Below, one piece after another: positions 21,691-33,904 of a stretch of DNA of 64,000 nt (its first letter is position 1; each line of letters starts with the position of its first letter). The DNA comes from Phaeosaccion multiseriatum. Its lineage: Eukaryota > Protista > Ochrophyta, other classes. Below the pieces are notes generated by a model. The model saw only the letters and a list, made by a program, of their open reading frames with translations, was not told the origin of the DNA and searched no databases. The stretch is taken from positions 2,666,001 to 2,730,000 of the forward strand of contig OZ218964.1 of assembly GCA_965112735.1 (NCBI GenBank). Direction: 5' to 3'. The position numbers and the translations under genes were made by a program.

Positions 21691-24600
21691 ATGATAGGTG
21701 GATTCAAGGGTGGGACAGGCGGCTCGAAGAGATTGGCTGTCGCGGTGACAGCTCTGGGCCTCCCGGTGCTGCTGCTGTTGCACCAGCATCGGAAAAAGAG
21801 AAAAAATAGCCTTGATGTAGATTGTGGGCCCATTTGCCTTGTGATCGACATAGGCAGCTCGAGCGTGAGGTGTAATGCCTACACCTTGGAAAAACACGAG
21901 GAGGAGGAGGAGGTGGAGAAGGTTGAGCGGTCCCTACGACCAGACGAAGCGGGCAAGGGCTCGGCAAATAAAGGGCCATCCAAAGTGGGAAGAGCCAGAA
22001 GGGGCGGAAGAGGATGGATCTGCAGCAGTAATCGCGAAGGAAGTACCGGAGGCCTCACTACCTGCGACACTCAGCTGAGATGGCTCCCGTGGGTCACTGT
22101 GCAGCGCAAGCACAAGGCGATCGACTTCAGCACGGGCCGGGCCGATGCAAAGCAAATATCTTCCCTCGTTGATCAAGTCTTGGAGGCGAGCTATAAGTGA
22201 GGACCTTGTTTGCGAATCACGCTTCCTCTATCTTTCCTGTACTCACTTACTCCCTCCCTCCCTTAGGACTCACTCACTCGCTCGCTCAATGGCTTTCACC
22301 GCTTGTCATCTCTGTCCTGCGCCCCCCCCCCCCTCCCTATGCGCTTCACCTTCACTTGCCTACCAGGCTCCTCGAGCAAGCCGGGCATGCCGACAAGGTG
22401 TCCTCCATTGGCTTCGCGTCCCTGGCCATGAGCTGGCTGGGGGTAGACGCCGAGGGACAGGCCGTCACTCCAGTGCTGACGTACGCAGGGAGTGCCGCAG
22501 CAGGGGCGTGCGAGGCTGCGGAGCGGCTAAAGGAACTCGTTGGCCCGAGGGTGGCGGGCGGCCTGCAGGGGCTCTATCAGCGGACAGGTAGGGAGGTATG
22601 GCAGGACAACGTGGCGTGACCTACGAACCCTAACCCGGAGCGAAACTGAGTTTCTGTGTGTGTGGTGTCGGCAGGCGTGCCTCTTCACGCAGCCTACGCT
22701 GCCCCTCAGCTCTTGTGGCTCGCAAACACTCACCCGGAGGAGATGCGCGAGGTGCAGAGGTGGGTGATGTTGGCATCCATCACAGGGCGTCACAGCTGGC
22801 GGGCTGTACTGCTTGAGGCAGGGGCTGATTCGTGCCGCCTTGGAGTAGCGTGGAGCAATCTCCTGTAATACATTTTCCTCCCCTTCCTTTCCTTTCCCTC
22901 CTCTCCCCTCCCCTCCCCTCCCCTCCCCTCCCCGCACTTCCGCGTTATGATCGCGCATGCCCATGCCTGTTCTCCGCGTCGCCCTCCCCTGTCCACTGCC
23001 ATCCCCTCCCCCGTTCCCACAGATGGCAGACGCTGGCTGCCTTCATCCGCGCGCGCTGGTGCGGCGTCCTTCACTCCCCAGTGAGCGTCTCAGAGGCCTC
23101 TTGGACGGGGCTGCTCGACTTCAGGACGGTAAGATAGTTCCGTAAGTGAGGAGAGGGCAATCAACATCTGAACATTCCGATTGCTTGCGGTTGGGCAAGC
23201 TCGGTCGGGGCTTGCCTGGACCTTTGGTGACTCCTTGCACCATCCCCCAGAGAAGGGGGGGGGGTGCACCGCTGCAGTGATGTTTGTGTGTATGTGAGGG
23301 ACTCAGAGTGGGCAGGTACCCTTCCAGTTGGGTGTTCTTCCGTCCGAATAGCACGCTCTGCCCCTCCCTCCCCGTCCACTGCCATCCCCTGCCAAGCAGA
23401 TGCAGTGGGACAAGGGTCTCAGTGAGGCGCTCTCGGACTTGACGGAGGGAGTATTTAGGCCCGACACGCTGCCCAACCTGTGTGATGTTGGGCCACCCGC
23501 CCAACGCCCAAGTGCAAGCCGTACCCCCCCGCCCCATCTGCAGATGTACATGCAGGCCTCACCCCGCTGGCGACGACTGGAGGGGGTGTTGGTGGAGGGG
23601 GCCCTCGGGGACGGGGCAGCGGCGGCGCTCGGGTCGGCGGCGTTCGCACGACGTGAGTGATGTAGAGGCATATGGGTTCACGGGAGAGGAGGTTGAGGGC
23701 AGAGCAGCATGTATTGTTGCAGTATGTGTATGTACGAAGGGGAGTAGAGGAGAGGAGAGGAGAGGGGAGGGGAACGGAGGCCGTCCTCGGAGGCAGGAGT
23801 GCATGACTGTGTGTTGGCCTAGTGTCTGCTAGAGCCGAAGCGGACATGCACAGGCCTTTGAGCAGCGGCGGCGACTTGCAGAAGTCAAAGAAGGACCCCC
23901 ACAGCAGCAGCTCAGCAGCAGCTCAGCCGTTGCTCAGCTGCGCTGTGCGCTGCTCCAATCGCAAGCGTCGCTCTCCTCCTAATCGCCACTACACTCCATG
24001 GCCTATTGAATGCCGTGTGCGTGTGCTCTTTCGCAGAGGGCCGTGTTTCTGTAACTGTCGGTACGAGTGCGGCAGCGCGGACCATTCTGGATGCCGAACG
24101 GCACCCCAACCGAGAAGGAGGCACCGCAAAGGATAGCGAGGCTGCATCTATGCATGCATCTATACCTCCATCGCATGCCCAGGGGGGGCAGGCAGCACCG
24201 GAGCGGGGGGTGATGGGGGCGGAGGACTCCGCAGCCGCCCACCGGGGAGAAGCACCACGGGATGGGCCTTGGACCATACCACAGGGGTTGTGGTGCTATC
24301 GCGTGGACGGGAAGCGACTGCTCTTCGGAGGGTCTCTGACGGAGGGGGGCAGTATCGCCAGCTGGGTGCTCGATGTGCTGTGCGCCGGTCTCGAGGAACG
24401 ATCCCCGCAAGAGGCAGGGAACGTTCTGCGGGAAGCGGAGGAGATGATGGCGGTGACGGGAGAGGGAGAGACCAGCTATGAGGCGAATGGTGAGGAGGGG
24501 AGGACCCAAGGACTTTCCGATGGCGGCGTCGCCGAAGGAGGACACGGCAGCAGCTACGCACGGCACTACGGCAAGGTGGTGATGCTGCCCTTCCCGGGGG

Positions 24601-25145
24601 GAGAGCGATCCCCGGGGTGGAGGGGTGACGCCTCTGCCACGGTGGCGGGCCTCAGGCTTGACACGCGGCCTTGCGCACTGCTACTAGCTGGGGTGGAGGG
24701 GGTCTGCTACCGCCTTGCCAGAGTGATGGAGCTCGTCCAAGAGGGGCTGACGAACCTTGGACCTGCCGAGGAGGAGGAGGAGGAGGAGGGGGGGGAGGGA
24801 TGCGGTGTGGACGTAGTGCTTGGGTCAGGGGCGGCTCTCTGTGCTTCTTCCCTGTGGAGAAGGGTGCTGGCGGATGCCCTGGGGATGGAGGTGAGGGTGC
24901 GGCCCCAAGGGGGGAAGGGGGGAGGTCTTCTACCGTCGCCTCCATCGGATGAAGACACATCCCGGGGGGTGGCGCTGCTGCTCCTGCTGGGCGGGGTGGA
25001 CGAGGAAGCGGCGAGGGGGGGCGACTTGGGGGGCAGGCGGGGCCCAACTCTCACTACACGCCCCACGCAGGAGGGGGCTGCGGCGTGCAGAAGGGCGCGG
25101 GAGAGGCAGGAGCAGCTCTACACCGCCGTCCGAGACTTGGGATAG
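21691..25145 (+). CDS. FGGY-family carbohydrate kinase (gluconokinase/xylulokinase-like), 6 exons
   Basis: Motifs LVIDIGSSSVRC, GVDAEGQAVTPVLTYA, PLHAAYAAPQLLWL, SVSEASWTGLLD, GALGDGAAAALGS, VTVGTSAAAR, GLWCYRVD, GGSLTEGGS, LPFPGGERSPGW, AGVEGVCYRL. Junctions are GT-AG and in phase. Confidence 0.9.
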
Positions 25146-25299
25146 TCAGTCACTCACGGCCCTTATGCATGCCTGGCTTCACTGACTTACTGAAGGCAGG
25201 AGCAGCTCTACACCGCCGTCCGAGACTTGGGATAGTCAGTCACTCACGGCCCTTATGCATGCCTGGCTTCACTGACTTCACTGACTTACTGAAGGCAGG
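25104..25299 (+). repeat. 90-bp tandem duplication of the FGGY gene 3' end
   Basis: 25104-25193 is repeated from 25194, bounded by AGGCAGG microhomology. Confidence 0.92.
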
Positions 25300-25979
25300 G
25301 GGGAGCTGATCATCGAGGCGCGTGCCTCGGGATGGCTCCACACACGCACCATACGCACAGATGGCGTTCACAGATGGCGGTGTTCGTACCCCTCACGCAG
25401 CGCTCGAATCGAATCATTGGGCAGCTTCGATCGAGTAGCAAACAGCAGTCTTCGATCGGACCTTCAATCCTCCCCAGCTGGGCCTTGTGAGCTGCTCTAC
25501 TATGGAGTGTCGCGAGCCCTTATCATCCCCCCCTGGGCCTTGTCAGCTGCTGTGGAGTGTTATTCACTCGAACCTTTCACTTCGGCTTTGGAATCACAGC
25601 GACCCTTCTTCAACTCCTCCACAGCGAAGCAGTCGCTCCGCACCACCGCATCACCGCACCGGCTCTGGACAGATGTCAGAGAGTCCACGCACGCTCTGTC
25701 TGTGTCACTTTGAACAGAACCGAAGAGCGATCCCTGCCTAGCGGTATTCGATAAAGAGCCGAGCGGGGCCGCTGCCAGGCAGGGCTGAGTCGTGCTGACT
25801 CGGACAGCGAGGGGAGTTTGACTGACAGGAGCGACTCCCCCTTCTCCTTCCCTTCCAGACCTTCCGCGGGGACTGCAGTGCCGCCGGAGAGATTTGAGTC
25901 AGTCCTTGCTGTGCTAGCCTGCCTACGTACGTGCTAAGCGCTCTGACAATTCTGAAAGCACACTTTTATCTTCCGACCT

Positions 25980-26372
25980 TTATGCAGTTACGTAATGGCG
26001 AATATGCAACAAGGTAGAAGCATCGTAGACGTAGATCACAGGCACCAGTTGGATCTCATCTTCGGCGCCTTCCTTCTTGACGGTGGCAGTCAGTTCCACG
26101 TCGATTTCCGCAATATCCTTGCCTTGTTCCTCCGTCAATATGCACTTAGGCCCCTTTGTGATCTCAACTCGCCTGTGAATGTCCATATCCGCTTTCCAAA
26201 AGGGAAGTAATTTGTCTCTTCCTTCTCCCGTGAGAGCGCCATTGACGTAGATTTGAATGTGCTCATCCAAGTGGTCACTAACTCCCTTGATGTCCTCGGC
26301 ATTGAAGGCGTCAATGTAGGCTTGAAAATCGGCTAGGATCTTGTCCTGTTGTGTCATGCCGGAAGTTGCCAT
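25980..26372 (-). CDS. Small intronless SnoaL-like/NTF2-fold protein (130 aa)
   Basis: MATSG...FQAYIDAFNAEDIKGVSDHLDEHIQIYVNG...GRDKLLPFW matches the SnoaL-like N-terminal pattern (Y-x-x-AFN-x-x-D...G-R). Clean ORF with non-repetitive composition. Confidence 0.7.
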   Translation of the reverse strand: MATSGMTQQDKILADFQAYIDAFNAEDIKGVSDHLDEHIQIYVNGALTGEGRDKLLPFWKADMDIHRRVEITKGPKCILTEEQGKDIAEIDVELTATVKKEGAEDEIQLVPVIYVYDASTLLHIRHYVTA

Positions 26373-26700
26373 CGAAGTCTGCGATCCTTCAGTTTTCAGT
26401 TTGCTTGGGTGACTTATTGGAGCGGGAAGGAGACGAGAGGAAGGAGGAGGGTGGAAGAACAGCGGAAAGACATGGATAAGCACGGGCAGCAGCTCCAGAC
26501 CCGCGGAGGAGCGGGGGAGGGGCACAAGAAGAGCTCATACATCACAACCCTTCCATCTACCTCCCCGTCTCATTGAGAAGCTACAGGGCGGCGGAACCAA
26601 GAAAGAAGAGGTAAGGGTGGTGGTCGGTACACACCTGCCGTTTGCTGTTGGAGTGCCGTTGGACTACCTTGGACGATGGGCCGTCTCTGAAGCGTGCACA

Positions 26701-26998
26701 AGGCAGAGCAGGAGCAGCGCAAGACCATAACATACATGGGTACATGAGTAAGCACAGGCAGAAGAGGGAGGAGGAAGGGGGGGGGAGGAGAAGAGAACCT
26801 AGGTATCTTTCAGAATCATCCCCTGCCTGCTTTGATCCTGCTTTCCTCACCCATGAGGCAGAGCAGGAGCAGCGCAAGACCATAGCAGACATGGGTACAT
26901 GAGTAAGCACAGACAGAAAAGGGAGGAGGAAGGGGGGGGGAGGAGAAGAGAACTTAGGTATCTTTCAGAATCATTCTCTGCCTGCTTTCCTCACCCAT
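26701..26998. repeat. ~155-bp imperfect tandem duplication
   Basis: GGCAGAGCAGGAGCAGCGCAAGACCATA...TTTCCTCACCCATG occurs at 26702 and 26857. Confidence 0.88.
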
Positions 26999-28594
26999 GG
27001 ACGTCTGCCCTCCCGCACCTTCCCCAGCCGAAAAGGATGTTCGAATCCGGATTGTCGTCAGTTGAGGTCTCGAAATCGATACAAAAATGTAAAGTAGAGA
27101 GAGGGTGTAAGTAGATGTAAAACAGAGAGAGAGGGTGTGCATGGAGAGAGACAGAGGGAACTCTCGCAGGGCCCACCCAGCCCTGTCGTAACTGGAAGGA
27201 AGTGGGCCTCTCGTGAAGTCTTTGTCGAGCGAATTGAATATGAATTTAGCCTCAGCTCGGTCGGCCTTCTCCTCTCCAAGGGCTTGGGTGTTTTGGTGCC
27301 GTACTGCTGTGCTCTGCACTACTTGAGGGAGGGACGCCGACTCACCGGCACCACAGCACGGCATGCTCCCAACGCCGGGGCAGACCCTAGGGGCCTCTCT
27401 CATGAGAAGGGGCCTCTTTTCCATCCGCTTTTCGCCCAATGAGAAAGGCAAGTCTTTCTCCGATCAACTCCATCGCCTCCACCTCTCTCTCCGACCCATT
27501 GGTCATTGACCTCATCATATCATCCCGGTGACACGCCTGCACCGATGCGGACCCATCACCCGCTGCGCTCCTCCCCCCTCCTCCCCGCGCGGGACGGTCA
27601 GCCTGACGGTCAGCCTGAGGGTGCGTGCACGTGTCCCCTTGCGTCAAAAGCAGCGAGGTAGGATGAGCACCCGCAGCAGTTGATGGTACAGCACGAGACT
27701 CACAGTACTCGCGTATGCCTCGATGCTGGACAAGCATCCACAGCCGTTGGCGGTACAGCACTCGAGGATGCCTTACTCGGGATCGCAACACAGGAACCGG
27801 CGCGACAACTCTTCTCAGCAGCCCCTCTCTCTGGAGCGATATCAACCTCCCCCACTGAGACTCCAAGATCACCCTTTCTGGCCTTGACGCAAGCAGTGAG
27901 CCCCAACCCCTCTGCTGTCTACTGCCTCCCTCCACTCTTTGCTCTCTGCTGTGTCACACGCCGTGCGAGTGAGGTGAGGAGGTTCGCTTGTGCACTGACG
28001 GGCAACATGCCTCCCATGGGTGTTACCGAATGGTGGCCACGCGACAAAGTAGCAAAGTAGAGGCCATTGCTCTTCGCATCCCCTCCCCCCCGTGAAATGC
28101 CGTCCACCAAGTAAAGAAGAGAGAGGCACCTTCCCCTCCCGTGCATTGCCATCCATTGCCATCCATTGCCATCCATTGCCATCCATTGCCATCCCCTGCC
28201 ACCCCCCACCAAGCAAGGAAGGATAGAGACGCTCTGCCGCTCTGCTCTGCTCTGTTCCGCCTTGGGGGCTCCGTCTGATGTAGCGCAGCCTCCGCCTGCC
28301 CCTCACCCTGGGTCCCACCGCTGATGGCCCACTGCCACACTTCAGACCACTTGAGCCCTTCAGCACGACTCATAGAAAGAGCGAAAGGTCCCTACTGTAG
28401 CCTCCGTACGCCGCACACGCAGCGGGAGCCACCCTCCCTCCAAGAGCGGCGAGGATTGGACTGGTTGCCGCTCGTGTGGACTGGTTGCCCCTCGTGTGGA
28501 CTGGTTGCCCCCTGTGAGGACTGGGTGACCCTCGTGGGTATCCCCTCTGAACTTGGGCACCGCTTCTTCTCCCCTCTGACAAAGGGAGCGATGC

Positions 28595-29938
28595 TCACAG
28601 CCGCGTGCCGAAGAAGGAGAAGGGCCCACCGCACCGCAGCGGAGCGGGCAGCGCATCCGTCTCATAAGCCTCCTGCACCTCCTTCCAAATGGCTTGAGAG
28701 GGGACAGCCAACATGCGACGGAGATGAGGGGGGGGGGGGGGGCTGAGCAAAGGGAGGAGAGGCGGAAGCAAAAGCGCGCACAAAGGACAATTGCTTATAA
28801 AGCGCATCCTTCACAGTAGAGTGGTGGGTGCGTGGGTTGGACAGAGGTGGGGAGGGTGAGTGGGGCGCATGTCCTCACCAGGAAAGGCCATGACGTCGGC
28901 GGGGTCCTGACGGATCCACTCCGCCGCGAGGGCCTCGTACACCTCGCAGAACACCTGCCCGCAAAGGATGGACGGATGGCAGAGGATCAGGGCCAAGAAA
29001 TAGGTGACCACGCAGGCCGTGGAGTAGGTGGCACACCCGTATCGAGAAGAGTGGGGGCTCCCGTCCATTCAGAGAATGGAAGGCCGCCGCAAAAGACGAG
29101 GGCAACGCGAATAAAAAAAATACATTACTACGACTTCGCCCGTCTCCTTCCCTCCCTCCCTCCCTCCCTCCCTCCCTCCTCACCTCGTGGACCGTCTCAA
29201 CTCCTCTGCCCACGGCCCGACCAAGGTCCTCTCCTTGACTGATCTCGCCCCCCCGTGCCTGGAGCTGTCCCTGGCTGTCGTAGGAGCCCCCACCGCCCTC
29301 CACTGCCCCTCCTGGTCCTGAACCCGAGCCGGAGCCTGAGTCTGAGGTGGACACAAAGCACGGCTCCATGGCGTTGAAGAGCTTTGCATCCAGCTTGCCG
29401 TCTGTGAGCAGCTTCCACACAAAGAGCGTGACGTTGATGGCCGTGGCTGCGAAGGGGAAGTACCCCCTGGCGGCCTGAGAGCGCTTCAGCACCGCCCTCG
29501 CCCTGTGGCCGCCCCCCCACTCGGCGTAGTAGGACAGCTGGTGCAGAGACCAAGTGCCCATGCCGCGGAGGTCGGTAGCCGGGTTGGGCCCCTGGAAACC
29601 CACCTGAAGGGAGGAGAAGGTGACAAAGGTGATGGTGGGAGTCAGCGATGGACACAGGAGTAAGGGGCAGTTGGAGTCGATCAGCCTGCCAGAGGGTCAA
29701 TCAATCCAGGGTGGCAGAGGCTCAACAGAGCCAAACCTGTGTGCTGAGCGGGAAGCCTCCTTCCCAGCACGGGCCAAGCCAAGACTGAGCCCTTCATGCA
29801 AAAGAAGGCATGTCCCCACTGATTGCCGGTCTCTCCCTCCCCCCTCGTCCTCCTCCTCCTGCGGCTGTAGCAATCGCATGCCGAGGAGCCGTTCCCTCTC
29901 ACCCGGTACGTCTAGCGTAGAGTAGAGACACACACATG

Positions 29939-30001
<63 letters not shown>

Positions 30002-30877
30002 ACACGTACACGCACCTCTTCCCAGTCTGCACACACCAGCTTGCCGCCCCCACCCCTCTGCAGCCCGGGCTTGAGCCCCCTCCACAGGGCGTCCAACAGC
30101 CCCACATGGGCCGAGGAGGCCGCGTCAAAGGCCGTCAGGCGGTGCAGCTCCACCACACGCAGGACTCCTGAAGAGAGAGAGAGCGATTCAGGGGGATGCT
30201 GCATTAACAAAAATGCACAGGGGAAGGGGGATGGGGAACGTGGTGCAAGTGGAAGACACACGCAACATAGGAAGGATGCCACCGAGGCTCTCAATGCCTG
30301 CATCTCTTCTTCTGGCCATCACAATAGTTCACGGACCTCCTTTGGCTGCCATCGTAGCCACGCCAGTCAAGAGGCGGTTCAGTTGCAACGCCGTGGGTCG
30401 AGAAAGCTTCCTCTCTGCGATGCAGGCCGCGGTGCGGCGATATCCGGACACGCCTGACTCTGAGTCTGCTAACTCCGCTGCTGCTGCAATTGCTACAGCT
30501 CCGCCTTGTCCTCCTTGACCCCCTCCTTCCGCTGCTGCTGCTGCTGCTGCCGCCGCGTCTGAGCCAATAGCAGCTGCTGCACCTGAAGCCAGCACCTGAC
30601 AGCTTTCAGGCAGACGCTTGGACTGCGCCAGGCTGCGGGCCAAGTACATTGTGAGCGGTGCCTTTGCTGCTGATCCCTTCATGAGATCAGCCTGCGCCGA
30701 CGAGGAAGGCTGCTGAAGAAGAGGCGTGCTGGCATCTGCATCCCCTCCTTGCAGACTGTGGCTCTGGACCAGCCTTTCGCAGGCACAGAGGATACGCTGA
30801 ACCTCAGACTGCCCCGACCACAAGTGGAAGATCCACTTGAGCGCCCCCCGCAGCAGCCTGGACAGGAGGATAAGCAT
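28595..30877 (-). CDS. ELMO/CED-12 domain protein (ELMOD1/2-like Arf/Arl GAP), 5 exons
   Basis: N-terminus MLILLSRLLRGALKWIFHLWSGQSEVQRIL resembles ELMOD2. Domain motifs: FDAASSAHVGLLDALW, WEE|VGFQGPNPATDLRGMG, YFPFAATAINVT, W-x-x-x-x-PADVMAF. Alternative upstream ATG at 30934. Confidence 0.88.
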
Positions 30878-31084
30878 GGGGAAGCAAGAAAGTGAAGCAG
30901 GAGGGTTCTGGGAAGGAGCAGTTGTTTTTGCCATCTGTGAGGCGAGGAGAGGAAGTTGAAGTGCTGAAGCGACAACTTGTTGAGAGGGCCTTGTCCCCTT
31001 CAAGCATGCAAACGTATTTACACAAATATATTACAAATTCAGCCAAGTTTAGCTGTGTGTGTGCATTCCCCAAGGTACTCGGTC

Positions 31085-33813
31085 CTACGGGTCATCAGGA
31101 AAGCCGCACTTGACGTTCGCAGGCAGAGACGCGTCCATTTTCTTTGGGTATGGGAGGCCCAAGTCCGCCATGAGACTGACAAAGTCGGGCAGCGGCAGCC
31201 TTAGACGGGGGTTGTGAGTCTTTTCTTCCCCGATCGTCGACGCCGTTCGGCCTGGGAGGGGAGGGGACGGAGGGCAGGGGTGACCAAGAGGGGAGAAAGG
31301 ATGGGCCCTAGTACTAAGGCAGGAAGCAACTCTTGGCCGGTGCCAATCCCTCTCTCTCTCTCTCTCTCTCTGCCGCCCGCCTCCTATCCTCAATCGAGCC
31401 TTCTGTGCCGCGGACGGAAAAGGCCCTAAGCGATCAGGCCACCGAATGCCTCCCTCCCTCCCTCCCTCCCTCCCTCCCTCCGTCCTTCCCTCCCTCCCAT
31501 CCTCCCTCCCCCTCTGCTCACCGTTGTAGTCGTGTGCGGGGTAAACCTTGCATCCGTCGGGCAGTGCGAAGAGCTGCTCGTGCACAGAGCGGTAAAGGTC
31601 TTCAGCTGAGCCCCCCTGGAAATCCGTCCTCCCACAGCCCTGGATCAGCAGCGCGTCTGCACGGGAGCGGTGTACGCACAGTAAGAAGTGTCGAGCATCG
31701 GTAGTCAGGCGGTGAAGGTCAGGCCCTAACCTTAACCCTAACCTCAGGCCAAGCAGAGGGGCGTTGCCTTGTTGGACGGCGTTAGGAAAGGACAGTCAGG
31801 CTTAGGCAAGTCAAGGCTAGGCACTGCAGCGTGACACGCGCCGAGCCCAGTCCCTCGCCCAAGCACCAAGCGTTAACGCCCAAGCAATAAGCGTTAACCC
31901 AAGCACCAAGCGTAATGCCTAGGCACTAAGCGTTAACCCAAGCACCAAGCGTAACGCCCAAGCAATAAGCGTTAACCCAAGCACCAAGCGTAACGCCCAA
32001 GCAATAACCCTAACACGAAGCGAAGTACGGCTCACGGCCCTAGGCCCCACGCACTAACCGCCCGTGAAGACCATTGAGTCATCGTCTGCAACGAAGGAGA
32101 GGCAGCCCGCCGTGTGGCCGGGGGTGGCCAGCGCTCTCAAACTCCTCCCTCCAAAGGTCACGCTGTCTCCTGCAGAGAGCTTCACATCTGCCGCCGCGCC
32201 GCTTGCCTTACGGACGAGAGGGGCAGCCCAAGGCCGTGTGCAACAGGGGGGAGAGGGGAGAGGGGGACGGGGGGGCAGAGTCGAGGTGAGGGAGAAAGCC
32301 TGCACACACACACAGAGTGTAAGAGGTACGCAAGCCGCAGCAGGAGCGGCGTTGCATATATCAATGGCATTCATTCCCATGCCTTGGAAGGGACTCGGCT
32401 GCAGAGGAGAGGCCTTCAGATGCGTCAGTGTGAGGCTTCTGATGCTTTGGTTAGGACGGGAAGGGCACACCAAAGAAAGCATTTAGAGGCGTACAAACCG
32501 GCCGCGTTACCTGAGAGATGACGCTCTGGCAGCCCGGGATGCCCTTCTTCAAGAGCCCCGTCCCTGTGATGTGATCAGCGTGCACTGGTTGGGAGGGGAG
32601 GAAGGAGCGTGTGACGTCATCAGCCCACATCGCGTCAGACCAAAGCGCACAAGCACACAGCAGTTGGTGATACAGCACAGCGAGGAAGAGCTGCCTTGCA
32701 CTCACGGTGTGTGTTCATGGCGTACTTGAGATTCACGCCCATGTTCCTTAGGACCTACAGTCGGCGGAGCAGCGGAACAGAGGGCAGGGGCATGAGAGGA
32801 GGAGCGCTCTCCGTGAGGCGGCGGGCAGAGAGGTAGGAGTGCGGCGGGCACAGACAGAACCGCAGAGGGAGAGAAATCTCATCAAGGAATCGAGGGGAAG
32901 GTACAGGGAAGAGACACATAAACCGCAGCATCCGCAATCGGAGTGAGCGGTGGGCCTTAGATGCTCTGCTAACAGAGGCACCCACTACCCTAGGCTGCGG
33001 CTCACCTTCTCATCCCGGTCAGCGGTGACGTCAACAGGGTCGATAATGACGCCTTCCATGCTCTTCGGATCGCACACGATGTAGGTGTACGTGCTGCTCT
33101 CCTTCTCGAACAGCTGCGTCGAGGCCGGTAGGCAGCCAGGGGGGGAAGGGGGTTGCAGACAAGGGTTTTAATCAGCTTTGCTTGGACTTGACCCTTGTTG
33201 CCTGCCATCATTATCGGCTCCGAACCAACCAGTGCAACAGCCAGCTCTACATCGGCTCCAAGCTTATCAGCAGCTAGAAGAAAGTAAACACATACCCAAC
33301 CTTGGGTGCGCTTGGCAACGAGCTCTGCATCTTGTTGCCCCTCGCTCGGCTCATCGTCTCCCCCCTTCTACTCCCTTGCTTTCGCTCTCTCTCTCTCTGA
33401 TACGAGAGGCCTACTGAGACCCCCCTCCTCTGTGCCTCCTCTAGACTTACCTGTCTGAACAGCAGCGGAGCGGGGGGCTGATCAGAAGGCAGCGCAGCCT
33501 CGGTGCCGGACTCCCCACTCATGACCGTCGTGCCCCCGTACGCACCCCCCACCCTTCTTCTTCGGCTGAGAGTGGGCACAAAGGCGCTTCCACTGAGCCT
33601 GTGTAGGGGGGAGAGAACCGAGAGGAAGGTGGAAGGCACGATAGAGAAGTGAGAAGGCCAAAGAGCTTGGCTTTTTTTTTTCCTTCTTCGGCCTTCCCCC
33701 CAAAGCTTCAAGTCAACTTCTTACGGTGATTTTTCTGCTGCTGCAGGGAGCGCTTGGAGGTGAAACAAGGCCAGCGATAGGTGGTGTGACAGATGGTACC
33801 GAGGAGATATCAT
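31085..33813 (-). CDS. ETHE1: Persulfide dioxygenase ETHE1 (metallo-beta-lactamase fold), 8 exons, with N-terminal presequence
   Basis: [97 protein letters not shown]. Exon 1 (33813-33725) splices in frame to 33598. The start exon is less certain than the catalytic part. Confidence 0.95.
31857..32013. repeat. ~19-21-bp intronic minisatellite
   Basis: CCAAGCACCAAGCGTTAAC-like unit, ~7 copies. Confidence 0.85.
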
Positions 33814-33839
33814 ATACGTGCAGGGGGGGCTCTATGCGC

Positions 33840-33849
33840 TTATATAAAT
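33840..33849 (-). promoter_or_regulatory. TATA-like box upstream of ETHE1
   Basis: ATTTATATAA on the minus strand ~30 bp upstream of the proposed ATG, in otherwise GC-rich DNA. Confidence 0.35.
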
Positions 33850-33904
33850 GCGATGAAGCTCACAGCCAGGTGAGAGAAAAATTGACAGAAGGAAAAAAAA
33901 AATG

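Noticed and set aside
26954-28060. Coding-like minus-strand ORFs between the SnoaL-like and ELMOD genes
   Set aside because: No recognisable domain or consistent splice model; possibly a decayed gene, but unsupported.
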